Assembly: GCA_041694815.1 (NCBI GenBank)
Contig: JBGFSC010000021.1
Coordinates: 18,498-82,497 of the forward strand
From: Elusimicrobiota bacterium
GTDB lineage: Bacteria; Elusimicrobiota; Elusimicrobia; UBA1565; JACRDR01
Direction of reading: 5' to 3'
Length of the DNA stretch: 64,000 nucleotides
Part shown: positions 26,718 through 36,277 of the stretch, piece by piece
Layout: each line of letters opens with the position of its first letter
Position numbering within the stretch: the first letter of the stretch is position 1
The notes under the pieces: generated by a model
Seen by the model: only the letters and a program-made list of their open reading frames with translations
Database searches by the model: none
What the model was told of the DNA's origin: nothing
Position numbers and translations under genes: made by a program

Positions 26718-27176
26718 ATGGACCTCGCCAACCGGAAAAAGGCGATGGTTTGGATCGCAACCGCCGCCGCGCTGGCGCTGGTGACCGTTCCCTCGGCGAT
26801 GCTGTTGCGTACCCTGCGGAATTATTACCGCTTCCTTTCCGGTTGGGACCCGGGGGTGCTCAAGCCCGTTGAGGTCCGTCGCGTTCCGCACCGAGGGGCT
26901 GCCGCCGGCGAGGCTCCCCGCGTCCGCTTCGTCGAATTCTCGTTGCATGCCCCGCGGGCAAAAAAGGTATTCTTGGCGGGCGATTTCAACCATTGGAAGC
27001 CCGAGACAATGCCTCTTTCCAAGGCGAGATCCGGACGATGGCAGATACTACTTCCCCTACCGCCGGGACGCTATAGCTATTTATTCCAAGTCGATGGAGA
27101 CTGGGTGCTGGATCCATCGGCCCGCGACACCTCTGTTTACGGTGAAATGAAAACTTCCATGAGGCATATCCAATGA
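26718..27176 (+). CDS. Membrane-anchored CBM48/AMPK-type glycogen-binding (early-set) domain protein
   Basis: N-terminal TM; APRAKKVFLAGDFNHW..GRW..LPPGRYSYLFQVDGDWVLDP. Confidence 0.85.
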   Translation: MDLANRKKAMVWIATAAALALVTVPSAMLLRTLRNYYRFLSGWDPGVLKPVEVRRVPHRGAAAGEAPRVRFVEFSLHAPRAKKVFLAGDFNHWKPETMPLSKARSGRWQILLPLPPGRYSYLFQVDGDWVLDPSARDTSVYGEMKTSMRHIQ

Positions 27177-28576
27177 AAAAAGTCCTATGGCTCCTGCTGA
27201 TCTGCGTTTTATCCGTCCCTCGGGCCTCGGCAGCCAACCCGGCGCTCGGCGCGGCCATGCAGCTTCAGGAGGCCTTCGCCGAGGTCGCTTCCAAGGCCAA
27301 GCCGGCCGTCGTGAATATATCCACGGTCTACGAGGGTCGCGTGCAGGTCCCAGCCCCCCCGTCTTTCTTTTTCGGCGATCCCGAGGACATGTTCCAGCAG
27401 TTCTGGGGCCAGCCGCCGTATCGGACATACAAGTACAAGAGCCAGGGAACCGGCTCAGGGTTCATTATCGACGCGAGGGGGTACGTGCTCACCAATTACC
27501 ACGTAGTCGAAGGCGCCAACGAGATCCAAGTAGCCCGCACTCTTGCCGACGGCAAAATCGTGACGCACCCCGGCCGCGTCATCGGGCGAGACCCGACCCT
27601 GGACCTGGCGGTCATCAAGATAGACTCCAAGGAGACCTTCCCGCATTTGGGCTTCGCCGATTCCTCGAAGCTCCGCGTCGGCGAATGGGCGATCGCCATC
27701 GGCTCGCCCTTCTCCTTGGAGCAGACCGTCACCGCCGGGATCATCTCGGCCGTCCGTCAATCGCTGACGATCGAGGGCCGCCGCTACACCGGCATGATCC
27801 AGACCGACGCGGCCATCAACCGCGGCAATTCCGGAGGCCCGCTCCTCAACCTGCGCGGCGAGGTGATCGGCATCAATACCGCCATCTATTCTCCCAGCGG
27901 CGCGTCGGCGGGGATCGGGTTCGCGATCGCCTCCAACGAGGCCAAAACCGTGCTGGATGTGCTGCTCGCCGGGAAATCCCGCGGCTGGATCGGCGTCGAG
28001 GCGGCGCCGGTCGATGAAGTGATCCGCCGGCGCTTCGCCCTCCCATCGGCGCAGGGCGTGCTCGTCAACGCGGTGTTCAAGGGTAGCCCCGCGGAAAAGG
28101 CCGGGATACGCCGCGGCGATGTCATCTTCAGCTTCGATGGGACCCTGATCAAGGCGCCCCAGGATTTGGTCGCTGCGGCCGCGCATAAGGCCGCCGGGCA
28201 GAAGGTGGAGCTGGAGCTCTACCGCCGGGGGGCCCCGTTGACGGTCAAGCTGACGCTGGGGCGCAGGCCTGAGGAAGGCCGCCTGGAGCCCGCCGGACCG
28301 CCGGCTGCGGAGGAGGAAGCCGCACCGCGCGCGAAATACACCTGGGAGGGGGTGGAGTTCGGCTCTACGGAGCACGGCGTACGCGTCGAAAATATCCGCA
28401 GGGACTCTCCCCTATTCGGCTTCCTGAAAAAGGACGACATCGTTCGCGGCCTGGGAGACGTTTCGATCGAAAGCTTGGACGATCTCAAGCGGGCCGCTGC
28501 CAAGTCCAAGCCCTCCGAAGGTCTCTTCCTCGACATCGTCCGCAACGGCCAGGAGATGTATCTGAGCATCAAGTAG
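27173..28576 (+). CDS. HtrA/DegP-family periplasmic serine protease with two PDZ domains
   Basis: Signal peptide; GSGFI, TNYHV, DLAV, IQTDAAINRGNSGGPL; PDZ (SPAEKAGIRRGDVI). Confidence 0.93.
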   Translation: MKKVLWLLLICVLSVPRASAANPALGAAMQLQEAFAEVASKAKPAVVNISTVYEGRVQVPAPPSFFFGDPEDMFQQFWGQPPYRTYKYKSQGTGSGFIIDARGYVLTNYHVVEGANEIQVARTLADGKIVTHPGRVIGRDPTLDLAVIKIDSKETFPHLGFADSSKLRVGEWAIAIGSPFSLEQTVTAGIISAVRQSLTIEGRRYTGMIQTDAAINRGNSGGPLLNLRGEVIGINTAIYSPSGASAGIGFAIASNEAKTVLDVLLAGKSRGWIGVEAAPVDEVIRRRFALPSAQGVLVNAVFKGSPAEKAGIRRGDVIFSFDGTLIKAPQDLVAAAAHKAAGQKVELELYRRGAPLTVKLTLGRRPEEGRLEPAGPPAAEEEAAPRAKYTWEGVEFGSTEHGVRVENIRRDSPLFGFLKKDDIVRGLGDVSIESLDDLKRAAAKSKPSEGLFLDIVRNGQEMYLSIK

Positions 28577-28584
28577 TTCCTCTG

Positions 28585-30003
28585 TCATGGCTCATAGGTC
28601 ACTACCCGAACGACCTCCTTCTCTCGGCCGCGCCCGTCGCTGATGACGAATCTGTAACGGTTTTCCCCCTTTTGGAGGGACACGTCGAAGGAGAAATTGC
28701 CTTCCTCGTCCGGATTGATCGGGATATTATTCATCAGTACAGTAAATTCGCTGTGGGTCTTGCCAACGATCCGGTATTGCGGGAGATGAGCCGTTTCCCC
28801 CTCCTCGGGAGGCCGGATCACCTCGAAGCGTCCCGCAAAGGGATCCCGTTCTATCGAAGCGCCCTGTGCGCCGACTAAGTACTGCCGGGGCTCCGAGAAT
28901 CCGCCTTTAGCACCCAGCAGGTCGACGATGGCCACGCGGACCCAGTAGCGTCCCGCCGGCAGCCCTAGCTCGACGCGCTCGTCCGCCTCGAAGGTCTTCT
29001 GCACGACCAGACTGGTGAAATCGGGGGTCTTGGCCACCTGGACATGATAGGCCGCGACCGGTATACCGACCTGGAGGGCCTTGAGGTCGAAGCGGATCTG
29101 TTCGATATCCCGCGGGTCGTCGGCCGACAGAAGCGTGCTCCAGTTAGGGACCGCTCCGGCCAGCACCCTTTCCCGCTCGGCCTCGGCCAGGGTCGCCTTG
29201 ACCGGCGGCAGCACCTTCGCGGCAAAGACGTCGCCGCCCGACATCCGCTCCATGAATTCGGCAGTCCGGGGCAGGGCGACGGGCTCTATCGGCGGACGAT
29301 TGAGGGAAATTTCCGTTCCGTGGCCCGCGCGCACCTCCACCACCTTGCCCTGCCCCTCCACGTCCGCCGCGCCTGTGTAGACTTGAACGGAGGTGCTCAA
29401 GTCCTCGCGCACCTTGGCGCTGTAGCGGGTTCCCTTAAGCTTGGGCGTTATGCGGGCCGCAGGAGTAATCACGCGAGAGGCGCCGGCATGTATCTCGCCG
29501 CGGCGGAGCTCCAGGTCGGCGTTGCTGTTCTTGGGTTTGAGTATGGCCATGGAATTTTCGTCCAGGTTGAGCAATTCACCGTTGACGAATCGCACCCTGG
29601 CCCTGGAGGCCTTAAGGGTCCTGAGCCCATCGTCGCGAAACAGCTGCATCTTGAGCACGGCAGCCTTCCATTCGGGAGTCTGGCGTTTTCTCGCCAGCAC
29701 CTCGTTAATCGTATAGACCAAGGACGCGGCCAACATGTTTTCCTTAATAAGGGAGACGGGCACTCGAAGGACGAGCCCGGGCAAAGCCACGGTCGGATCG
29801 GAGCTGGGAAGGGTATTGTGCTTTAAAATCTCATTCCAACGCGTGGGGTCCTTCAAATACCTATTGGCGATCGCCCAAAGCGTGTCTCCGGGCCGGACGG
29901 TGACTTCCTGGAAACCCCTTTCGGCGCGCGCCTGGGCCGCGAGCTCGGCAGGGAAGACGAGCGCGATCCAGAACGCCCATAGGAAAAGCGTGGCAGCCTT
30001 CAT
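28585..30003 (-). CDS. Exported LysM + FecR + FN3/Ig-like protein
   Basis: ATG 30003 (ATGA overlap with the kinase); VRPGDTLWAIA (LysM); LNLDENS..VQVYTGAADV (FecR); YHVQVA..GRYWVRV (FN3); GNFSFDVSLQKGEN (Ig). Confidence 0.82.
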   Translation of the reverse strand: MKAATLFLWAFWIALVFPAELAAQARAERGFQEVTVRPGDTLWAIANRYLKDPTRWNEILKHNTLPSSDPTVALPGLVLRVPVSLIKENMLAASLVYTINEVLARKRQTPEWKAAVLKMQLFRDDGLRTLKASRARVRFVNGELLNLDENSMAILKPKNSNADLELRRGEIHAGASRVITPAARITPKLKGTRYSAKVREDLSTSVQVYTGAADVEGQGKVVEVRAGHGTEISLNRPPIEPVALPRTAEFMERMSGGDVFAAKVLPPVKATLAEAERERVLAGAVPNWSTLLSADDPRDIEQIRFDLKALQVGIPVAAYHVQVAKTPDFTSLVVQKTFEADERVELGLPAGRYWVRVAIVDLLGAKGGFSEPRQYLVGAQGASIERDPFAGRFEVIRPPEEGETAHLPQYRIVGKTHSEFTVLMNNIPINPDEEGNFSFDVSLQKGENRYRFVISDGRGREKEVVRVVTYEP

Positions 30004-32174
30004 GCGGGGCCGACGGCCGCCGCCTTCCGGACGACTTTTCCGCCCTCCCCGGGAGCCAGGTCCTTGGGCACGGAGGCGTAAAAACGAGCCCCGTGCCCTG
30101 GCTCGGACTCCACCCAAATGCGTCCTAAATGCGCTTCCAGGATCAAGCGGCAAATCGTCAAGCCCAGGCCCGTGCCGCCGCGCCTCTGCCCCGGAACCTG
30201 CTCGAATTTCTCGAAGATCTTGCCCAAGAACTGGGGCGGGATGCCCTCGCCATCGTCGGCGACGCAGAACTCCACGGCGTCGCCCTTGTCCTGGACGCTC
30301 ACCTTCACCTTTCCGTCCTCGGCGGCGAATTTGATCGCGTTGCCCACCAGGTTGATCAGCACGCGCTCCATGAGGTCCCCGTCGGCCATGATCGTAAATT
30401 CCTCGGCCGCCTCCAACTCCATCTTGAGCCCGCGCCGCTGCGCCAGCGGGGTCAGAAGGTTGAGGGCGTGCCCGGCCACGCCCGCCATGGACACCTCCTG
30501 CAGCTTAACTTCCAAATGGCCCGCCTCCATCTTGGCCAAGTCGAGTATATTGTTCACCATGCCCAATAGCCTAGTAGCGGCCTTGCGTATCGATTCCACC
30601 ATCGAGGACTGCTGCGGGTTGAGCACGCCGACGACCCCCTTGAGCAGGAACTCGGAGAAGCCGACCACGGAGCCGATCGGATTGCGCAAGTCGTGCGTGA
30701 TGGAATGGAGAAACTCCTCCTTCATCTTGTCTAGCTCTTTCTCGTAGGTCACGTCCCGCACCGCGGTGACGACTCCCAGCTCGATGCCTTTCTTGGGCAC
30801 CATCACCGGCTGGGCGGACACCCGGATGATCCTCCGGTACTGATCGCTCGACAGGTTCACCTCGTGGAACGCGTTGGGCTTCGGATCTTGCCGCGCCCGT
30901 TCGAGAGCCTCGCGCAACGGGCCCTCGGCCACGCATTCGACCAGGGCGCGCCCGTTAATGTTCTCCTCCATGCTCACGCCCAGGAGCTCCTTGGCTCGCC
31001 GATTCGCGAGCTGGATACTCCCCTCCTTATCCGTCATCAAGATCCCGTCCCCGATCGAGAATAGGATGGCCTCGGTTTTGCGCTGCTCCTCCACCAGGCG
31101 GTCGACCTGCATTTCCGCGTACATCCTCAGGCGCCCGACCATGAGGTTGAACGTATCCGCGAGGTCTTGCAGCTCGTCTCCCGTCTGGATGCCGACCGGC
31201 TCGGGAAAACTCCCGTCGGCGACCTGGGTCGCGGCGCGGGTCAGCGCCAGCAGGGGGCGCGTCAGGCGGCCCGCCATCCATACCGCCAACGCGAAGGCCA
31301 AGACGCCGAAAATGACGAACCAGATCGTGGCGGTGCGGATCATCTGGGCGGCCGCATGGTAGGCCTCGTCCTTGGGCTGCTCGATGATGACGGCTCCTTG
31401 CATCTCCTGCAGCGGGGCGTACGCGCCGACCCGCCAGAGCCCCCGAAGGTCGCGAAATTCGCTGGAACCCACCGTGACGGCCCGAAGCGCCTGCTGCACG
31501 ATCAATAGCCGGTTGAGCTGGGGGCGCAGGCCGGCCTCAAGCCTCTGCGGCGGATAAAACAGTGGCCGGCCCTCGCCGTCGATCACCATCGCGAACCCAG
31601 TCCCGCCCACGCTTTCGGCGCCGATGCTTTCCCAAAGCCTCCGGGCGGACAGGGAAACGCGCAGACTGACGACCTCGTTCAACGGGTAATATATTTCAAG
31701 CTGCGGGGCCTGGTCCTCGCGGGGCGTTATCCAAAGCGTCCGGCTCTTGGATTTATTGAAGCGCTGGAAGGCGGGCTCCGCTGCCCGCGACGACAGCTCC
31801 GGCCGACCGGGCAGAGAGGGGCTGTAGACCTTAAGGAGCTCTAAACCGCGCCGATTGAGGACCGAAATCTCCTCGATGTCGGCGTTCGCGTCGATGAGGC
31901 CCCGCAGAAGCTCCTGCTTCTCCGTCCAGCCCATATTCGACCGAGAGAGCACGCCGAGAGTGAAACGCAGCTTGTCATCGAGGGCGCGGAGATAGCCGTC
32001 GACGCCCTCCGCCAGCTTTTCGGCGAGCTTGGTATGGAGTTCCAGCACGGAGGCCTGCAGTCCCTTACGATTGATCTGAAGCAACAGCGCCCCGATGAAT
32101 ACCGATGGGATCAGCGCCAGCGCGACGGTAGCGGAAATGAAACGAAAATAGAGGCCGGCTCGGATTCGGCGCAT
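30000..32174 (-). CDS. Sensor histidine kinase (periplasmic Cache-like, HAMP, PAS, HisKA, HATPase)
   Basis: Two TMs; GDELQDLADTFNLM; ITHDLRNP; NLVGNAIKF; DDGEGI; GTGLGL; promoter TTGACA-17-TATCCT at 32197-32225. Confidence 0.92.
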   Translation of the reverse strand: MRRIRAGLYFRFISATVALALIPSVFIGALLLQINRKGLQASVLELHTKLAEKLAEGVDGYLRALDDKLRFTLGVLSRSNMGWTEKQELLRGLIDANADIEEISVLNRRGLELLKVYSPSLPGRPELSSRAAEPAFQRFNKSKSRTLWITPREDQAPQLEIYYPLNEVVSLRVSLSARRLWESIGAESVGGTGFAMVIDGEGRPLFYPPQRLEAGLRPQLNRLLIVQQALRAVTVGSSEFRDLRGLWRVGAYAPLQEMQGAVIIEQPKDEAYHAAAQMIRTATIWFVIFGVLAFALAVWMAGRLTRPLLALTRAATQVADGSFPEPVGIQTGDELQDLADTFNLMVGRLRMYAEMQVDRLVEEQRKTEAILFSIGDGILMTDKEGSIQLANRRAKELLGVSMEENINGRALVECVAEGPLREALERARQDPKPNAFHEVNLSSDQYRRIIRVSAQPVMVPKKGIELGVVTAVRDVTYEKELDKMKEEFLHSITHDLRNPIGSVVGFSEFLLKGVVGVLNPQQSSMVESIRKAATRLLGMVNNILDLAKMEAGHLEVKLQEVSMAGVAGHALNLLTPLAQRRGLKMELEAAEEFTIMADGDLMERVLINLVGNAIKFAAEDGKVKVSVQDKGDAVEFCVADDGEGIPPQFLGKIFEKFEQVPGQRRGGTGLGLTICRLILEAHLGRIWVESEPGHGARFYASVPKDLAPGEGGKVVRKAAAVGPA

Positions 32175-32239
32175 GGAGGGAATTTCTCCGTCCGTTAGGA
32201 TAAGGCCGGCCGAGTGCTTTGTCAAGGCGATGACATCCT

Positions 32240-32328
32240 AGGCCTGAGGGCCCAATCCCCGTGGGCCTTTTGGCCAAAATCTCCTAGGCCTAAAGACTCC
32301 TGCACAATAGGCCGGGTTGTGGCATACT
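32240..32328 (+). promoter_or_regulatory. 23-bp-phased GGCC-N4-GGCC-type boxes plus extended -10
   Basis: Boxes start at 32240, 32263, 32286 and a half box at 32309; TGGCATACT at 32320; ATG 6 nt after. Confidence 0.55.
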
Positions 32329-32334
32329 ACGCTC

Positions 32335-33327
32335 ATGTCGGGGCGAACATCCGGCGGCGCTTGGCGGGAATCGTCAGTCCACTCCGTCATTGCCGCGTAT
32401 TTTTTAGTGTTATCTTTTAGCATCTGCCCCAGATCCGCCAAAGCCTCCGAAGCCGAGAAGGACAAGGCCGGCACGGACGCCAGTTGGGAGCTCATCGAAC
32501 GGGAAGCGAAGGATCCCGTCCACAGCACGCTCTGGGCCAACAAGCTTTTCTTGCGGGCCCTTCCGCCGCAGTGGCTCGCGGAGATCAACCGGAAAGAAAC
32601 CGAACGCTTGAACCAGACCCCGCCGGAAGTTCCCGTTTCCACCGACGCCCTTCCCTCCGAGGGACGCATCGCCCGGGTCGTCGACGGCGATACGCTGGAA
32701 ATCGAGGGACTGGGGCAGGTGCGGCTGGCGGGCGTCGACACCCCCGAAAAGAGCCACCCCACCAAGCCGGTGCAATTCCTATCCGAGGAGGCCACTCAGT
32801 TCGTCAAGGAGCTCGCGCCACAAGGCACGGCGATCAAGATCGAGGCCGCCAGTGACGAATTGCGAGACATCTTCGGCCGGCTCATCCTGGTACTTTACCT
32901 TCCGGACGGACGGATGTTGAACGCGGAAGTGGTGAAGGCCGGATATGGAATCGCCTTCACGCGCTACCCCTTCAAGTACGAGACGGAATTCGTCGGCTAC
33001 ATGGACGAAGCAATCGCGCAACGCAAAGGCCTATGGGCCAAATCAGGCCTCGAAGAGATTGAGTGGCTGCGCGCGAAAGGCAAGGAGGACCAGTTCGTCG
33101 TAACGCCGCTGAGCTACGAGCGGTGGGCCGTGCGCTACGGCAAGCTGCTCTTGGCGGGGCTCACGCAGCATCAGCTGCTGGTGGAGCTCAAGTGGCTTCG
33201 CAGGGACCTGTACACGTTCGGGCCGATGGACTTGGATGCCGAACTTCGGCGCAGGGGATACCAGGACGATCCGGGCCCCGGCCCGGAATCGGGGGAAGAG
33301 GGGCAACCGCAGGCGAATCAAAGCTGA
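32335..33327 (+). CDS. Exported thermonuclease (SNase-like)
   Basis: VVDGDTL..VRLAGVDTPE..DIFGRL..LNAEVVKAGY..RKGLW; N-terminal hydrophobic segment. Confidence 0.88.
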   Translation: MSGRTSGGAWRESSVHSVIAAYFLVLSFSICPRSAKASEAEKDKAGTDASWELIEREAKDPVHSTLWANKLFLRALPPQWLAEINRKETERLNQTPPEVPVSTDALPSEGRIARVVDGDTLEIEGLGQVRLAGVDTPEKSHPTKPVQFLSEEATQFVKELAPQGTAIKIEAASDELRDIFGRLILVLYLPDGRMLNAEVVKAGYGIAFTRYPFKYETEFVGYMDEAIAQRKGLWAKSGLEEIEWLRAKGKEDQFVVTPLSYERWAVRYGKLLLAGLTQHQLLVELKWLRRDLYTFGPMDLDAELRRRGYQDDPGPGPESGEEGQPQANQS

Positions 33328-33343
33328 TCATCAAGGGGGATGG

Positions 33344-34165
33344 ATGAGCCGAATTCTCGCCGTAGGCTGGCTGTTGTTGTGTCCGTGGATTGCGGGAGCG
33401 AACGAGCCGGACGCTAAGCCGCCCGCTCTAGGCCAATTATCGTCGCAGGTCCCGCAACAGCTGGGCGAAGTTCCGGAAGTGCTGGCCGTTCCCGTCGAAG
33501 GAAACGGCTCCCCGACCCCTCCGGCCTCAATCGACTGGAAAGAAGCCTCCAAATTCGTCGGGCAGAAGGTCCAGGTGGAGGGCGAGATCGTCGCCGTCTA
33601 CCATTTTGAAAAGGTCACTTTCCTCAAATTCAGCAATACCCGAAGCCAGCTCGCGGGGGTCATCTTCAAGTCCGTCTACGGGAAATTCTCACAGGACCCG
33701 GCCGCTTTCGATCCGAAGGCCGCATTCGCGCGCAAGATCGTGCGCATCGTGGGGACCGTCAAGGAATACAAGGGCGGCCTGGAAATCGTCATCGACGATC
33801 CGGCGCAGATCACCGTCATAGGGCAGAAAGAAATCAAGGTGCTCAATTGGGAGGAAGTTACGCCAGCCCTCCTGGGCCAGCAGGTTACGATCGAAGGAAC
33901 CGTAGTCTCCGGCTACTCCTCCGCCAAGGTCGTATTCCTCAACTTCCACAATAATTGGACCCGCTACGTTGCCGTCGTCATGTTCCAACGGACCTTCCCC
34001 GGACTGATCCGCACGCCGGAGCCCGACCCCGAGGCGCAGGGCAAGAAGGTGCTTGAGCTGTTCAAAGGCAAAAAGATCCGCGCCACCGGCACCATCAAGA
34101 CCTTCAACGAAAGGCTGGAACTGATCGTCAATACAGCCTCCGACATCCAAATACTGCCCGACTGA
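33344..34165 (+). CDS. Exported tandem OB-fold protein
   Basis: ATG 33344 with signal peptide; two internal repeats (GQKVQVEG..FLKF..KIVRIVGTVKEY..LEIVI / GQQVTIEG..FLNF..KKIRATGTIKTF..LELIV). Confidence 0.75.
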   Translation: MSRILAVGWLLLCPWIAGANEPDAKPPALGQLSSQVPQQLGEVPEVLAVPVEGNGSPTPPASIDWKEASKFVGQKVQVEGEIVAVYHFEKVTFLKFSNTRSQLAGVIFKSVYGKFSQDPAAFDPKAAFARKIVRIVGTVKEYKGGLEIVIDDPAQITVIGQKEIKVLNWEEVTPALLGQQVTIEGTVVSGYSSAKVVFLNFHNNWTRYVAVVMFQRTFPGLIRTPEPDPEAQGKKVLELFKGKKIRATGTIKTFNERLELIVNTASDIQILPD

Positions 34166-34172
34166 GGCCGTC

Positions 34173-35261
34173 GTGAAATTGCTCGCGCTGTTCTTGGCCG
34201 CCGCTTCGGCGGCCCAAGCTCCGGCGACTTATTCAGGGCTTAACCTCCACAACCACAGCTACTGTTCCGACGGCCAGGACACCCCGGAGACGCTCGTAGC
34301 CAAGGCCAAGGCCGCGGGGATACGCTACCTGGGCCTCACGGATCACGACAACGTGGAATGCCTATCGCGAGCCAGGGCGGCGGCCCGGCAGGCGGGCTTA
34401 AATCTCGTCGCCGGCATCGAGGTCAGCACGGAGGACGATTCGATCCATCTACTGGGGCTCCATATCCGCCCATCCGACCCCGAGATCCTCTCCTTGATCC
34501 GCCAGACCCTCAAAGCGCGGCTCGACCGCGCCCGCGCCATCCTGGCGAAGCTGCGCAAGCAGGACATCCCTGTCTCCTTTAAGGATCTGTTGGTCTCCAA
34601 ATTGCGCTTCCGGCGCGGCCTGGATCCATCCCTGCCCCCCTACCGCCCGGGCGAACTAGAAGCCAAGGGTGAAAAGGCACTGCTCGCGGAGCTGGGCGAA
34701 CTGCCCCTCACTCGTCCGGATATCGCGCGGTTGCTCATCGAGAAGGGCGTGGCCTCCGATCACAAGCTTCTCTACGACAAGTACCTGGGCGAGAACGGCT
34801 GCTGCGGCGTGCCCCTGGCCGGGCCCTCGTACCGCCGCGTCATCGACGCCGTCCACCGGGCCGGAGGGATCGTGGTCCTGGCCCACCCGTACACGCTGCA
34901 CCAATTCACCGCGTTTCCCCGCAAATACTCCGGGCTGGAGTTCCAGGATTTCGAGTCCCTGGCCGGGGCCTTGCTGGACGCCGGCCTGGATGGCTTCGAG
35001 CAGTACAAGCAGCGCTCGGGGCCAGAGGAGCAGGTTCTCAAGGTCATCGCCGATTTCAGCCGGCGCTCGAAACGGACGGTATACCTGACGCCCGGCTCCG
35101 ATTATCACGGCGATTCGACCGGCAAGATCGGTCCCGCGGAGCTTAAGGCCATCTCCATCCCCCAGCCGGAAGCCGACAAGCTGCTGCGGGTCGTCGATCC
35201 ACTCGCCGCCTGCCGCGACCTAAAAAACTCCCGGACATTCCAGAACCCGCCGAATTTTTAG
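34173..35261 (+). CDS. Exported PHP-family phosphoesterase (YciV/TrpH-like)
   Basis: Signal peptide; LHNHSYCSDG, LTDHD, GIEVS, IHLLG, LAHP, GSDYHG metal ligands. Confidence 0.88.
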   Translation: MKLLALFLAAASAAQAPATYSGLNLHNHSYCSDGQDTPETLVAKAKAAGIRYLGLTDHDNVECLSRARAAARQAGLNLVAGIEVSTEDDSIHLLGLHIRPSDPEILSLIRQTLKARLDRARAILAKLRKQDIPVSFKDLLVSKLRFRRGLDPSLPPYRPGELEAKGEKALLAELGELPLTRPDIARLLIEKGVASDHKLLYDKYLGENGCCGVPLAGPSYRRVIDAVHRAGGIVVLAHPYTLHQFTAFPRKYSGLEFQDFESLAGALLDAGLDGFEQYKQRSGPEEQVLKVIADFSRRSKRTVYLTPGSDYHGDSTGKIGPAELKAISIPQPEADKLLRVVDPLAACRDLKNSRTFQNPPNF

Positions 35262-35262
35262 T

Positions 35263-36274
35263 TGGTGCCAGGCATCCACTTTCTACACTTTCTCAACTTT
35301 TGGAACTTTTAGGCCTCCTCATTCGTACTTGAGGTATGGGCCGCCAACCGAGACTGCATTTCCCCGGAGCTATCTTCCATGTGAGCGCCCGCGGCAATGG
35401 ACGACAGACTATCTTTTTTGATTCTCAAGACTGGAACAAGTTTCTTGATATTCTAGGCGAATTAAAACGAATCCGTCCCTTCAAGCTTTACGCTTACTGC
35501 CTTATGGGCAATCATATCCATTTGCTGATCGAACCTTCTGGTCCCAAATTGTCCCTAATTATGGGCTTATTACTTGCGCGTTATGCCAAGTACCTTAACG
35601 CCAGATTTAAGCGCAACGGGCATGTTTTTCAGAATCGATTTCATGCGCGTCTTTGTGGAAAAGACTCTTATTTCCAACAAGTCATCCGATATATTCATTT
35701 AAATCCCGTAGAGGCGGGACTTGCCGATGAACCGTCACGGTGGCCGTACTCGGGACACCTGGAATATCTCGGAAAATCTACCCGCCATCTTATCGATCAG
35801 GAACAGCTTTTATCAATGTTGGGCTCTGATATTAGAACGGCACGGGCCGCCTATAGCCAATTTGTCTTGGGTGCGTTAAAAGACGATTATCTTTCTGTGG
35901 GCGAGACCGAGGACTTATCCAACGCTCGCGAATCTGACATTCACTTTAAAGCCGTCCAAGTCCATGTTAACGAGAAAAGTCTAGATGAAATTTGCGCGGA
36001 ATTTAAGCCGATCTCATTGGAAATACTGCGAAGCTCGAGCAAGGTACGGACGGTTTGTCGCGCTCGACATCGTTTTATCGCCTGTGCTTTTGCGGCAGGC
36101 TATTCGCTCACTGAAGTCGCGGCCTATCTTGGATTATCTTTGTCTGCGGTTTCAAAAGCACTAAACACCAAAGAACCTAAGGCTTGCCTGAGATCAGCTA
36201 ATCGAATTTATGTGGACGACGGCAGGCAGCTATTAGAAAGTCAATAAAGTGTAGAAAGTGGATGCCTGGCACCA
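35263..36274. mobile_element. 1012-bp HUH-transposase element with perfect 29-bp terminal inverted repeats
   Basis: TGGTGCCAGGCATCCACTTTCTACACTTT at 35263-35291 and its exact reverse complement at 36246-36274; visibly lower GC; lies between two convergent stop codons. Confidence 0.8.
35336..36247 (+). CDS. Y1/HUH transposase (RAYT/TnpA-REP-like) with C-terminal DnaA-C-like HTH
   Basis: FHVSARGN, NHIHLL (HUH), GHVFQNRF, RYIHLNPV (catalytic Tyr), WPYSG; C-terminal YSLTEVAAYLGLSLSAVSK. Confidence 0.9.
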   Translation: MGRQPRLHFPGAIFHVSARGNGRQTIFFDSQDWNKFLDILGELKRIRPFKLYAYCLMGNHIHLLIEPSGPKLSLIMGLLLARYAKYLNARFKRNGHVFQNRFHARLCGKDSYFQQVIRYIHLNPVEAGLADEPSRWPYSGHLEYLGKSTRHLIDQEQLLSMLGSDIRTARAAYSQFVLGALKDDYLSVGETEDLSNARESDIHFKAVQVHVNEKSLDEICAEFKPISLEILRSSSKVRTVCRARHRFIACAFAAGYSLTEVAAYLGLSLSAVSKALNTKEPKACLRSANRIYVDDGRQLLESQ

Positions 36275-36277
36275 CAA

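Noticed and set aside
32320..32335. TGGCAT as a sigma54 -24 element (also 45192)
   Set aside because: No TTGC at the -12 position; fits an extended -10 better.
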